A DNA stretch of 64,000 nt, from positions 107,756,001 to 107,820,000 of the forward strand of contig OZ024744.1 in the NCBI GenBank assembly GCA_964016885.1, in the 5' to 3' direction. How positions within the stretch are numbered: position 1 is the first letter of the stretch; every line of letters starts with the position of its first letter. Below, piece after piece: positions 12,099 to 25,827 of the stretch. Position numbers and translations under genes: made by a program. The stretch comes from Eledone cirrhosa (lineage: Eukaryota). The notes under the pieces were generated by a model that saw only the letters and a program-made list of their open reading frames with translations, was not told the DNA's origin and ran no database searches.

Positions 12099-13599
12099 AA
12101 AAAAAAAAGAACAGAGCTACAATAACAATCCTCTTATTAGCTCCACACTTGAAAGAAAAAGGGAAAAGGCATGTTCAACGTATTGAGCATTAGTCCATCA
12201 GGAGTAGGGGAAACACAAAGTTGAGGTTCACAGAGAGAAAAGGATAAAAAAGAGGGGTATATGAGTATTGTATTTAATTCTTTATGTATAGGTGTATGTG
12301 TTGCTGGAGTGGTGCATACATACGGTGTGTATGTATCGATGTATTAACATCCTATTACCAATTACACCTATAACTTCATACCTATGGCCCTCTTCTCCAG
12401 AGCAGAGAGGGCTCTGCAGTTGGGTCTACAACCAACAACCTCCCAAGTAATGGTGACATGAAAATGCACCAGATACAATCTGTAATGATGGCTGACGATA
12501 GGATGGGCACTTCGCTGTAGAAACCATGCCTAAAAGGGTTGAGAGAACTGTATAGTTATGTCAAAGATATGACAGCCTCCCTAGCACTGGTGATCTACAC
12601 AATAAAAGCAGCCAGTACACTCCATAAAGCAGTTAGTGTAAGGAAGGACAACACTGACTCAGTCGATGTAGACCCATCCAACCCTTTATTAATTGATGAT
12701 GAGCGTGTTTTGTCATTGTGTGCATCAAATACAAATAAAATTATATATTCACAACCCAACTCCAAAAGGTGAAATAACTGGAGAGAAAATAAACATAACA
12801 ACCATTACATCGTCATACTAACGCAACAATAAATATTGCTAGGTGAGAGTGAGTGTATACATACATGTGCAAATATGTTAGTGCAGTGATGGTGCATGTG
12901 TGTTGGTATGCGGCGAGAAGAGCAGATCAGAGGAAGAGAGGTCTGACGAGACGGAGGATCGAGATTATATATAAGCAAATAAATATCTCATTCTTCTAAT
13001 GATACAGACGCACACAAAGGAAAAAATAACATCAATGACATGCACACCCATGAAATACATTCCTACACACGTAACAGTATCATTATACACCTAGACTTTC
13101 CCACTTTCCTGCACTTTTTTTATACAGCTGTCATCTTTCATGTGCATCATAGCAATGCAATCACCTCCCAAGTAAACTTCATCTGATCCCTCTTATTCCT
13201 AATTTCTCACTTAGATCATTTATGTTTTGCCGTTTGTATATATTACTATTACACATCCAATGGAGCATGCAAGCTTCATTTCTTTCCAGTCTTGCACAGA
13301 CCCTCTGCACACAATGCCCATGTTTCACTGCCATGTAACATTTCTGTTTGTATACAAGCATCATACAATCTGCCTTACACACACACATATATATATATTT
13401 CTGTCTTGCTATCACCATATACATACTTCAATGCATCAAGACAAAGATACTATTGTTAAGCTAATGAATTTGCACTTATGTGTGTGTGTATGTGTGAGTA
13501 TATACAAATCCTTGCTAGGAGGGAAAACTGAAGACAGGCAGAAAATGTGGCAGATGCAGCAAAAAAAAAAAAAGCCTTAAATTCAGAGATATAATAGGA

Positions 13600-14360
13600 C
13601 ACACTCAGGCTAATAGGCAAGGACTTGGTGTAACAAAAGTGGAACGGTGGTCAGAAGCCAGGGGAAAGATGCGAAGAGATCTCCTCAGATCTATTAATAA
13701 TTTCTTACCCTTGAATACAAATTTAGTCAAGTGGGGCAAGTCAGATAACCCTGAGTGACCACTCTGCCAGGATAGACAGACAGTGGAACATGTTCTGAGC
13801 TCATGCAGAGTAGCAATAGCCCAGGGAAGATACACGTGGAGACACAATCAAGTGCTGAAGGAGATTGTGCATGTGATAAGTACAACATGAGGCAGCAAGT
13901 CATGGCCAGGAACAGGTATACAATACAAGGCACAGGGATCGAGTCTTCTGGGTGGTGCGGACGACAAGGATTGTACAGCAGACCTCCCAGAGTCAGCAAA
14001 ACAACCAGAAATCATCAGAAAGTGTTGTTTGAGGCTGGATATCGTAATCAATTGCAGTTCATAAAAACAGCTGATTTTGATTGAAATTACTGTGCCATTT
14101 GAAAGCAGACTGGAAGAAGCTCCCGTGTTCAAGACCGTAAAAACCAGTTTGGTCAATAGCTTGAAGAAAGCCAACATCCAGGTCAAAGTTCTCACCAAAG
14201 ATGTTGGAGACAGAGGTTTTGTGGGTAAATCTGCCTAGTCTCATGAAACAACTTTCAGTTTCTGGGAAGATAAGGATCACAAAGCCCTAAAGCTAATATC
14301 AGAGGCAGCTGAAAGGAGTTTCAGCTAGATCTGGTTGAGGAGGAGCAAGAACAACCTCCA
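13600..14360 (+). mobile_element. Decayed 3' part of a restriction-like-endonuclease non-LTR element (Hero/NeSL/R2-like)
   Basis: Frame reads LPLNTNLVKWGK..PLCQDRQTVEHVLSSC...GRYTWRHNQVL (zinc knuckle plus RHN) and later IEITVPFE. Confidence 0.7.
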
Positions 14361-14884
14361 TATTGTTTGAGGACACCATGTTTGTATTTTAACACACGCA
14401 CTAAGGGAATTAACTCTAAGTTGTGGTTGTACTGTTGGTGGCAGCAGTGATGCTGTTTATGTCTTACGGCTACCATGACTAACATTATTTTTCCAAACTC
14501 AAGAAAGCGTTTAAATTTAAGTTTTAAATCAGGGGCAACAGAGAGGAGTTCCAGTTAGATCCTGTCAAAAAAATCTCCATACGGTTTAAATACACAAGTC
14601 TCCAATACCCGAATAGCTAAATGTCAGCAGAAGGGCAGAAAAGCTTGAGGGACCTTCCTGCTGTCCATTTCTCCTGAGTTTCTTACCACTATATATATGG
14701 AGTGTGTATGGTAAGAAGACCACAAAGCAGAGTAGATTTGATATACGATGAGATATAGAGAAGGTATATTGATGAGATAAAGATCTAGTGTATATATACA
14801 TATATATACAGCATTATTTCTGATTTTTGCGTTTCGTTTTGCCTTTTCTACCCGCCAAAATGCGATTCTCGCTAAATCTATATT

Positions 14885-14952
<68 letters not shown>

Positions 14953-15477
14953 TGTGTGAGAGTATTTTTATATATATATTTTACACACATGTATATGGTA
15001 ATCCATTTCCATGCTGGCCAGCATTGGAGACGTTACAAGCTGTGACTAGACAGGGTGGAGAGACCTTATTTTACACACACGTTCCATATTTGGCAAGGTT
15101 TCTGTGATTGGCACCCCTCCTTGACACCAACCATACTATAGGCTGTAATGGGTCCTTTTTAAAGTGGCACGAGAGCTACCAAATTTACTTGACATGACCA
15201 GGCCTTTTTCACTTAATGTTGACTCAGCCCTCCTCTCTTTCAGTGATACTACACTTATCCCTTGGACTACTCTTAATTCCATTCTTTCCAGTCTTCTTAG
15301 TTGCTCCACGTTCCTCACCCATGACTCATTCCAATAAATCCTGGCACTTCTCACACATGCAGAATTCACTTTGTCCCTTCAGTTTTGGTGACAATACCCT
15401 CCTCATAAGAACAACACACCACTCAGTTTGCAGAACTTCTTCCAATACACCTCACTCTGGCTTCTGTTGAGAAGTCA

Positions 15478-15777
<300 letters not shown>

Positions 15778-16531
15778 CTATTTTCCATGCTAGCAAAAAA
15801 TGGTTGGGAAAGGCATCCCATCTCTTTTACATATGCTCCCTACAAAGTGTACTGGGTGTGTTTTACTTTGACACTAGTAATAGGGAGGTTATTGTTTTTG
15901 ACAAAACTATATAATCTGTTCAACCCATGGCAAGTTTTCTATGGCTGGTTAGAAATTCCTATCACAAAATACTTTACAAAACGTACTGGATGCATTTTAT
16001 TGTATCAACAAAGCTAGAGAGGTTGTTATGTCTTTGACATAAGCACTAATACTTTACAGAGTGTACTAGATGTATTTTATTGTGACACCAGCACTAATGA
16101 GATCATCATGTTCATGAAACAACTGAAGAGTCCTCTCTACTCTTTTTTTGGCATGGTTTCTACAGTTGGATGCCCTTCCAAAAACTAACCACTTTACAGA
16201 ATGTACTGGATGTGTTTTATCATTACACCAGCACTAGAGGTTGCCATGCCCTTGGCTCAACTGAAGATCCCCCTCATCCCATTTTATATATGTTAATCAT
16301 TATACCATTTTACATCTATTTTCTATGCTGGCATGGGTCAGATCTGTTAAGTTCTGCGACTAGATAGGTGAGATAACCACATTTTGTTGATACATTCTAT
16401 ATCTGAAGTTGTTTTTATACATGGATGCCCTTTTAAATACCAATTACTTCACAGCATAAGCTGAGTGTATTTTATCATGGCACAAGCACTAGAGAGGGTC
16501 CATCCAACCATGCTACAGAATAATTAGTTAC

Positions 16532-16701
16532 CTGTCTTTGCTCAACTCTTGTGGTGCCATCTAAGCGTAAATATCTATGCCCATGATAATTCAGAAATGC
16601 TTCCAGAACATCTAACATCTTGGTCATTTGTGTGAAGATCAGCACGCGATGGCTTGCTGTTTTTAGCTGCCTTAGAAGAACGTCCAGTGTCTGCAGTTTC
16701 C
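16532..16701 (-). CDS. SRCAP: Exon w20: (G)[56 protein letters not shown]
   Basis: Translated by hand (not in ORF track); CAG acceptor, GTAAC donor, 170 nt, phase 1-0; helicase motif IV. Confidence 0.97.
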
Positions 16702-16999
16702 CTGAAAAATAAATATAATAATTATAGTTAGTTCATCTTCATAAGGTCCTTTGATATAAGGAACTAAACACTTGTTAACACTAACTTCAGGAAACCAAGC
16801 AACCCCCTAATCACCTACTAATCAAGCAAATACACAAGCCAGATTGGTTTCTTTCTAGTTAAAAAATGAGATAGACGATTATGAATGTTAAATCCTTCCC
16901 CAGAGAAGAATGCACTGCCCAATCAGAATAAAGACAAGAAACACAGTATAATCTGGAAGATGAGAGTATAGAACCTAAAGGATTGTTATGTTAAATATA

Positions 17000-18510
17000 T
17001 GTTCAGGAATGTTTTACATGATGCATAAGATGAGAGGGAGGAAAAGTTAGATACATATGACAGAGAACAATTGGAAGTTCTTATATGTTAACCTACTATG
17101 GGCTAAAGATAAGACTTGTGGCTGGAGCAACGCACAAACCAGTCAGAGGGTGTCCCAGCGATAGAATAGCATCATGAATAGAATTATTAAAACCAAGAGA
17201 CAAGTGCAGAAAGACGGGAAAAAGCAGGGCAGCAAAGATCAAAGCACGTAGTTAAAAGATAACCTAAACAAGAGGTATACGTAGCATACAAAGAGGCTGC
17301 AAGGAAGAAATTTGCCAATGTCCTGCGATGTGAGGTGTTTTGCATCGCAAAACAGTGTCAGAGAAAACCAATATGATATTGGGGAAAAGTGTGTTTGAAA
17401 TGACACCAATGTATTAAGCATCACTGATGCCCAAAAGAAGGAGGCTAATATAAGAGCTTGATGAATGGAAAGAATGAGATAAAGGAAGAGAGACTACCAC
17501 CAGCTGACCCAACAGAGGGACTAGCTATTGAAATTGAAAGTTATAGAGTTAAAGAAACAATCAAGGAAATGAGAAATAGTAAAGTCATTGGTCCATCAGA
17601 GATAGTTGCTGCAATGTTCAAATCTGGGGAAGCAGGAGTCAAATTAGTCACTCATATAAACAATCAGGTAACACATGATGGGGTCATACCCAATGACTGG
17701 AGGTGCAATATACTCAGTTATCATATAAGAAAACGTGATACATTGGAAAAGAGCAATTACAGGGACATAAAACTGACAGACCAAGTAACGATAAAAAAGT
17801 TTTAACACAGCTAATTAGGGAAAGAGTCAAATTAAATGAAATGCCAACAGGGAGCACCACAGATGCCTTTTTCTTAATGACACAATTACAAAAGCAGTTC
17901 TTAGTTAAGTGAACTAAGCATAGAAAAATGGCATGTGAGAGTGGTGCAAGCCAGTTGTTAGTAAAGTGAAAGTATGTTATATGAGTTTAGTGAGGAATTC
18001 AATGCATATGGAGATGCTCATCAGGGCCCGGTCCCTAGCCCATTCCTGTTTATTATAGTACCATTTGCTGACAACTTGCTTCTTATAGCTATAGCTGAAT
18101 CAGTGGAAGAGTTAGAAAAGAAATCTGGCTTTTAGAGATAAGAATTAGAATCCATAGGGCTTAGAGTAAACCTGGGAAAAACTAAAATTGTAATAAGTAA
18201 GAAAGAAGACAGGCCCCGATTCCAATAGCAAAGAGGCTTTGCTTGGTTGGTAAGTAGAAAAGGAGTCAACACATTTACACAATGTGAAGTTTAGGTACAC
18301 AAGAGGTGTAATGGGATAGCAGGCTGACTAACAGGAAAGGTAGACGTTGTATGTAGTAGATGTACAGGGATAATTGGTAGTAAGAACCTTAGTGAAATAA
18401 ACTATTTCCAATCCCAGGAAGGATCCATAGATGTGGTTTACAGTTTCTGCTGCTTAGGGGACTTAATTAGCAGTGGAAGAGGAAGCTCTAAGAGCATAGT
18501 AGCTAGATAA
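17000..18510 (+). mobile_element. Decayed RTE LINE, family A
   Basis: GPSEI...IPNDW...EKSNYRDIKL; colinear with 36890-38930. Confidence 0.8.
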
Positions 18511-18994
18511 AAAAAAACTTATGTAATGATTTAGCAGAAAATATCTAAATATTTTTAGTGTCTTCACTAGGACAGATCATGGCAAACACTTTCAGTATTA
18601 ACTTGTAATGTCCTGTAACACATGAAACCAGATTAGCAAAACATTTTTTTGAATGTACAAAGCATCACATTGAAAAATCAATCCTTAGTTTACTGCAAGT
18701 TTTCACAATCTGTCCACTAGAAAAAGTACTATAAATATTTGAATTAACAAATCCACTTTTAGATATTTTCTGCTAAATCATTACATGTTAAGAGTTGAAG
18801 ACTTGAATTTTTCAAGTGATACAGTCATAATGCTGTTTTATACTTTTCAAGAATGTTTTGCTGTGGTACAGGACATTAAGAGTTAAAACACTGTAGAAAC
18901 CTTGTATGTGGCTAGTGAAACATACAAAGGTGTGGGCTGTGACATTTTTGTTTTTATTTTCATTCAATGTCCAAAATATAAATTCATTACTCAC

Positions 18995-19197
18995 CACAGT
19001 CATATTGGATCAACCTAAGCTCAGGAAATTGTACAGACATGGAGGCATTAATTTTATGGAGGCTGGCTGTCTTTGGAGACATATAGCTATGTAACATAAA
19101 CCTCTGGTAATTTTCACGTGCTACATACGATGGTGGTGGATGAGATACATGTAGCTTTATAAAAGGTACAGACACTGGTGGAATGACAAACACAAAT
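18995..19197 (-). CDS. SRCAP: Exon w19: FVFVIPPV...QFPELRLIQYDC(G)
   Basis: CAG acceptor, GTGAG donor, 203 nt, phase 2-1; conserved FPxxRLIQYDCGK. Confidence 0.96.
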
Positions 19198-20627
19198 CTG
19201 CAAATAAAAAGCAAACAGTAAGATAAAATTTCAACACTTTGGTAACTATTTCTAATGAAATACACAATTTCTATTGATTAATGAAGAATTCTGAGGGATT
19301 TACTAAAATTATTAACGATTTCATTAGTAAGATTTAAAATTTGTATACTGTATCTTAGCATGTTTTTAAAGGATAACTAAAAGCGTTGGTGCTAGGAAGG
19401 GCATCCAGCTGTCAAACACTGCTTTAAAAAGGACATAATGGTGAGTGTGAAGTTTGATTTGGGGCCCTGCAAGGCTAACCTCAGGATTTAGATGGGAAAA
19501 TGACCTTAACATGCTTGTTGCATTCTATTACTAAGATGGTAACTTAATATACAGTTCTTATAAAATTATGTTGGAAAATTTAAATTTAAAGAAGAACCCT
19601 TTAAAATGGGTGGGTTTATATCAAAAGGGATAATGAAGAACTTTGAAGCATTTAAAAAAAGTATGATTTTATCACTAACATATGATTGATTCTTATATCA
19701 AATAATGTTTCAATAAATTAAAAAATTTTGAGGGGAGGGAATTACTAAAATTTTTAATTACCAAGATAGTAACTTTACATATGGTTCTTATATAAACTTA
19801 TGTTGTAAGTGTATTTCTAATGTAATACATTATTTCAATTAATTAAAGAAGAATTTTGGGGGATTTACTAAAATTATAAACTATTCGATAACAATGCACT
19901 GTAAAATGGTTAGTGATAAGAGGGACATCCAGCTATAAAAACATCCCAAAGGTTATGGCACGACAATTTCTCTAATGCTGATGCCTCAATAAATGCACCC
20001 AGTATCCATTGTAATGAGATTGGTTATAGGAAGAACATCCAGCTGCAGAATCCATGCCAAGGTTACAACATTTTTCCTAGTGCTGATGCCATGATAAAAT
20101 CCACACATTACACTATGTAAAGTGGTTGTTAACAGGAAAAAACAAAGGGTCGAGAGGAAACTTTCAAGGGTACAACAACCTGCATAATAAAACCCATCTG
20201 ATAGACTCTGCAGAATGTGAGAAAATATATAAGTGAAATCTAGCTCATGGCCTGTCTGAGATGTCAGTGGCTCTGACTAAATACTGATTTAGTCCACGAT
20301 GACTAGTTAAACACTTGATAACAGAAAACAGATGTTAATGATGTCCTTCTTGGTGCCAACCCATTTAGTCGATGAATGGGGAAAAAAAAAAAAAAAAAAA
20401 AAAAAAAAATTATCTTGACAAAATGTCTTAATTCTTCGAGGTCCCTCCAAAGTCTGTGCACGATTTTTTCCGAAGTTGATGCTCTAGATTACAAATAGTA
20501 GTAGGCATAATACAGAACACTGATGCACTCCAACCTTCACTGCCTTTTTGAGGCAATATTTTACAGCTGGATGATCTTCCTTATACCAGCCATTCAGAAA
20601 AACAAAAAACACAAGAACTACAATTAC

Positions 20628-20944
20628 CTTGACAAAATGTCTTTCAGCTCTTCAAGATATTTCTCGGGAGTGTGCACAACTTTTTCCAAAGTCGCAGTCC
20701 GAGACCACAATGAATTGCAAGAGTACGAATAGTCAAGATGAACCTTCCTACAATGGAAATGACCAAAACCATTCCACGGATTTTTCTTATCGGAGTGAGC
20801 ATTTTCGGGAGATTTTAGTAAGTTTACAGAGTTCATGAGGTCCTGACCATAAATTACATTCATACTGCAGTGTTTTACATTTATCCTGTCAAGGTGATCT
20901 AATTTTTCTTGCCGCCAGAGCTGCCTCTTCTGGTGTAAAGATTC
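20628..20944 (-). CDS. SRCAP: Exon w18: ESLHQKRQLWRQEKLDHLDRIN...ELKDILS(R)
   Basis: CAG acceptor, GTAAT donor, 317 nt, phase 0-2. Confidence 0.92.
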
Positions 20945-21105
20945 CTGGGGGGAAAAAAAAAACAAAAAAAAAAAACGTCAGTATATATATATATGTATAC
21001 ACATCATTTTCGCTGCCAGCAATGCCTGGGCAAGTTGTCATCGGCCAAGTCAGTATTCGTTCAAAGCTACTGAAATCAGATGACAGGGGCCCACAGCTTG
21101 CTTAA

Positions 21106-21313
21106 CCCTTTAGCATTTAAACCAGCCGTATCCAGCCAGAATTCTCTTGCCTCCTTCTGTTCAAACCAGCTGTAACTGGCCACTCATATTGATGTTAAGG
21201 TATTGTTCTCAAAATAAATAATATCAGAATCTTGTGGATTCGATATTATGTGAGGTAAGGCCTTTACCATGAAAATATAATAGTAAATATAGAGTAATGT
21301 AAATGCTAAAAGA
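21106..21313 (+). mobile_element. piggyBac-type MITE
   Basis: TTAA flanks; TIRs CCCTTTAGCATTTA / TAAATGCTAAAAGA. Confidence 0.8.
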
Positions 21314-21693
21314 TTAAGTATAGAAGCCTGCATTTTACAGTGTACTGGATGCATCTTATTGTGGCACCAACATTAGGGAGGTTGATTGGCAGATTTTTTT
21401 GTGGCTAGATGCACTTCCTAACACCATTATATTTGTATGCATGCATGTGTGTGTATACACATACACACTCATACAATCTACCTAGAGCTAGTTCCACAAA
21501 GAGGCACCCAGAACACAATGTAAAGTGGTTGGTGTTAGGAAAGTACGAGCAAGGCCTGTCTAATCTCAGCCTGTGACAACCCATGCCAACATGGGATGTG
21601 GACGAATGATGGTGATGATGATTATGAGGGTGATGATGTGATGATTATGACGGTGGTTGTGATGATGATGATGATGATGATGATGTAACTTAC

Positions 21694-21812
21694 TAAGAAC
21701 AGCTCAGATTTCGGTTGTTGGACAACAGCTTTTGTAGCAACAAGTTTGGTGTAAGCATATCCACTCGACGGAGCTAAGGAAATGTTAGTGTGGCCCTGCA
21801 GTGAAGTCCGGC
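21694..21812 (-). CDS. SRCAP: Exon w17: (G)RTSLQGHTNISLAPSS...PKSELFL
   Basis: Translated by hand; CAG acceptor, GTAAG donor, 119 nt, phase 1-0 fits both neighbours. Confidence 0.85.
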
Positions 21813-23055
21813 CTGTGAAAGGAAAAAGAATTTAACTTACAGTTCACACCTATATAAAATGGGTGCGTGGGTATGTGTGTGTAATAAAATACAAGTGTCA
21901 CATGATACCCACTTTGTGCTATATTTGTTTGGGAAATGGTCATTTGATATCTCTCTCACTCTGTTGACAGCAGATGCTGTCTATCTTACAATAAAGACCT
22001 AATCTATCTAATTACCAAACTGTCTATTTCTTTGTCTAGCTACCTGGCTGTCTATCTATTTGCAGATTTATTACATCAATGTAAGAACGTTTATTATCAC
22101 TTGTATTTAAAAACAAAAGTTGTTCTATGGGATTCAATATTACATTTAATGGGAGATAACTAGATTACTAATACGTATTTTATTATATATGTAGACATCA
22201 ATAGGTAGACTTATGATGTTTTTAAAGTGGGAACTGAATTTGGTTATATTGTTTTCATTTAATATTTTTTTTAATTTCTGTGAGGAAAGAGCATTATGTA
22301 AAAGTTATTGTAAATTGATTTATTGTACTGTTTGTTTTTCACTTATACAAATTACACATATCCTTCCAGTAATTCTATGTATAATGCTCTGGAAACGTGT
22401 ATCAATTAAAAATGACTTAAAAATAATTTTTCTATATATATATATTAGGGATTGTAATGCCAAGTTCTGTAGGTTCACTAAAGTGACCACTCGATGCGTA
22501 GTCTCTAGTAGGTATTTTGATGCTGTATTAAGCAGAGTGTAATAATAATAAAATGGATGAGGTGTTAAATTTGCATTACATTTATTGAGGTGAGACATGC
22601 GTTTCATGATTGATCAGCTCACGGTTCGATTGGTAGTGATCAGGCCCGACTCTGGAATCAAAAGCTCCCCATAATTGGGGTTTACTCTTCTAGGTTGATT
22701 ATTTTAGTCTGGCTCCTGGTACTCAACCTGTCTGGCATAGCTCTTGGAATCAGAGCACACAAGCCGCAGCACCATGACAAGGTAATAATCATATATTGCA
22801 AGCAGGGAAAAGCAAACGTAAAGTGACGATGATGATATATAGGAAGGGCACCCAGCCGTAGAAACCAAGCTAGAAACAGTTGTGTGTTAGCAAGACACGG
22901 TCACCTGACTCAACTTCCTTCAAACAGGGCAACCTGTCTAACCCATGCTAGCGTGGAAAATGAACTTTAAACGGTGATGATGGTGATGATATATATATAT
23001 ATACTATATATATATACACACACACAATTTAAAAATATAATTAAAATTCAATTAC

Positions 23056-23236
23056 CTAGTGTCTGCACAAGGCTCGTGGACGGCACAGCTGCTCCTCCAG
23101 ATGACATAGTTTGCATTGTTCCTACGGAGGGCATTGTAATATGGGACGTAGCTGCAGTGGCTGTCATCGTCTTGGTAGCACTTGTAATAGAGGCAGCTGC
23201 ACTTGTTAATATTATTGGTGTTGGTTTTTGTTGCTG
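23056..23236 (-). CDS. SRCAP: Exon w16: QQQKPTPIILTSAAASITS...SLVQTL
   Basis: CAGCAG tandem acceptor (exon edge 23236 or 23233), GTAAT donor, phase 0-1; S/T/A-rich. Confidence 0.8.
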
Positions 23237-23439
23237 CTGTGATTAATGGAAATTATTATTAGGAATAGAAGTAAAAATACCAGATTTGTCAAATCTTTTA
23301 CAAAAGAAAACAATTAGACATTAACTCTTTTCATACCAAATCCTTTCAATTTTTACCTTACAAAATTGTTTTTAAAGTGATTATATTTATCTAAACCCAT
23401 TCCTTCATAATTTTATGTAAGAAATTTTGAAGTAAGGGC

Positions 23440-23990
23440 TAAATGTGGAAGTGAGGCAGATGCTCATGTAGCATACCTCCCCCTTACCGCCACCTTGATG
23501 CCTTCTCTGACAGGACAGTGAGCATGTTCATCACTGCTAGCAATATCATTATATCTGCCACAGATGTTAAACAAGGTGACCCACTCAGTTTCCACCTCCT
23601 TGTGTTGGCTGTCAATTATATTTCCAATTCAGTCCACTCACCTTTCAATGCCTGGTATCTTGACAATGCAACGATGGGTGGCTCTGCTGAATCCATCATT
23701 GATGTCCTTTAGAACATCATCCAAATACTATCGTTCCTTGGACTCAGTATTAACTTAGTTCTACATCAAAGATGACCTATGTGAGCTACAGTGAAACTCA
23801 ACTTATAAACACTGTACAGAACATCCGTTCTGACTCCGAGGAACAATGCCTACATTCTCAGCTTTCCAATGCTCTTGAAAGTCATAAGAAAAAGCCTGGA
23901 AGGGAAGACAGCTAAATTACACTTCATTGATATACAATCTGCACTCTTCTTCCCAAGGAGTACATCTCATTTGAGGAAGAGGCCCCATGA
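23440..23990 (+). mobile_element. Non-LTR reverse transcriptase remnant (CRE-like)
   Basis: VKQGDPLS...FNAWYLDN(A)TMGG resembles QGDPL and YLDD RT motifs. Confidence 0.6.
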
Positions 23991-24279
23991 GCTGGAATGA
24001 TTGAAACAGCAGGTGTTGTTGGCAGTTTTCCATGACAATGCTTTCACCATTTTGTCTGTAGGACACAGTTGAGATACACAGACCAACTTTTTTTTAAAAT
24101 ACTTTTATCATTGTATTCAACTATAAATTTGTTTTTTAAGTTATGTTCCAAACACCAGCTTAATAATGAGAATCTTAGTTCTACTATTAAATCCCTCCAA
24201 ATTCTTGATTATTTTCGATATTACTTGAGAGCAGTAGACAATGCTTTTCATTAGAAATACAGTAATGGAAAGGTTAAAC

Positions 24280-24850
24280 CGATTCTTGAAATACATTCTC
24301 ATCAGAACCAGCTGTTCATATTCTGCTGCTGTTTCAAGTTGTTTTCGTTTGCCCATAAAGATGTTGACAAATTGAATATCTACCTGTGCTCTCAGGCATT
24401 GCTCCTGCAACACACAGGTTGGTAACTAATGCCAATAGACTCATCATCTGTTCCATGACATGGCTGAGGATTCTCAGTTACTGGACCAACAATGCTTGAT
24501 GACACACTGTCCTTTCATTCATCATGCAGCAAAGCTGCGTAATTCAAATTTCAACATGCTTCAGATGTAGAGAGCTAGCAAGCAACAAACATCTCAATAA
24601 GCCTAACTGAATGTCAACCCCAATACAAACCACTCTGAGGGAGCATGTGTTTTTGAATCAGCTATGCACAGGTATTGGTCGATACAATGCAGTCATTCAC
24701 GACTGGGGGCTGCATCCATCAGCAGTTTGCTTGTATGGCTCACCAGACCAGACTGCAGAACATATACTAAGTGAGAGCATGGACCTCACATACCCTAATC
24801 CCACTACCATAAGCAAATTACAGCACCCGGTAGACGTCACATGATTGCTG
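24280..24850 (+). mobile_element. LINE 3' remnant (Ingi/Vingi-like)
   Basis: LNQLCTGIGR...HDWG..SAVCLYG..QTAEHIL resembles the LNRLRTG..CxCG..QTxxH terminal motif. Confidence 0.5.
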
Positions 24851-25498
24851 TCTCATACAGAAGATCAGAACCCACAAAACTGGGTTACTTAACAAAATGT
24901 ATGAATTGTGAATAGACTTGGAATTAAAGGATTACTAGAGAGAATTGATAGACTCTTACTTCTAACAACAAAACAAGTATATGAAGAGATAAAGTACTTC
25001 TGTTTAGAAGATAGGGGAACTTTTGTTGAAGAAGTCACTGAAGAAATGCTAATGGAGAATTTTGTTGATCATTGCAAAGTGTATAAGACATGGTGGCTGA
25101 GCAAGAAGGTGGGGTGTTCTAAGTCAAATTAACTAGTCGGTTCCTATCTGTAAGGTGTGGATACCCCTGAATCTTTATATATTATATCATATCTTGTGTT
25201 AATTATTGTTTTATAATTTCATACTTATTTTCATATTTTATCACAATTTGTATATTGTATAACATCTACTCCTACTCTCATTTTTATATTAACCCTGGTT
25301 TATCATTTATAAAGTGATAGGAAAGTTGTAGAAGTCATGCCATACAAAGGATCAAGGTTTTTTCAGATGTGTCAAGAGCATGACAACCTCCCTAGTGCTA
25401 GTGCCACAATAAAATGCACCTAATACACTCTAGAGTATAGGTATGTAGTTGAACAAGATGCAGTCCTTGGCCAGTCTGAAAGATCAGTAGCACCATAC

Positions 25499-25827
25499 TG
25501 AGCTGGTCTGTGATGACTTGTCTAACACTTGATAGCAAGGCAAACGAATGTTAAATGATGATGATGATGGTGGTAACAAACTTACACTTGACAATGGCTG
25601 CACTTTCATCACAGGCTTACCCACACTTGCAGCAGCTGTCGTTATGGGCAGGTTGACTGTTGGAATTGTCTTGAGCAGAGCTGGCACCGAGACAACAGAT
25701 GCACCACTGCTACTAGCAGTAGTAGCTATAGTATTCATAGTAGTACTAGTAGTAGAAGATAAAGACGAATTGGCAAGAAGTGCAGAAGAATTGGTGGATA
25801 TATTCGACACCAATGCAGGACCATTAA
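25499..25827 (-). CDS. SRCAP: Exon w15: (V)NGPALVSNISTNSS...DKSSQTSS
   Basis: CAG acceptor, GTATGG donor, 329 nt, phase 1-0; S/T-rich insertion region. Confidence 0.8.

Noticed and set aside
22080-22610. AT-rich ORFs on both strands
   Set aside because: No recognisable motif or splice context; probably an old repeat remnant I cannot classify
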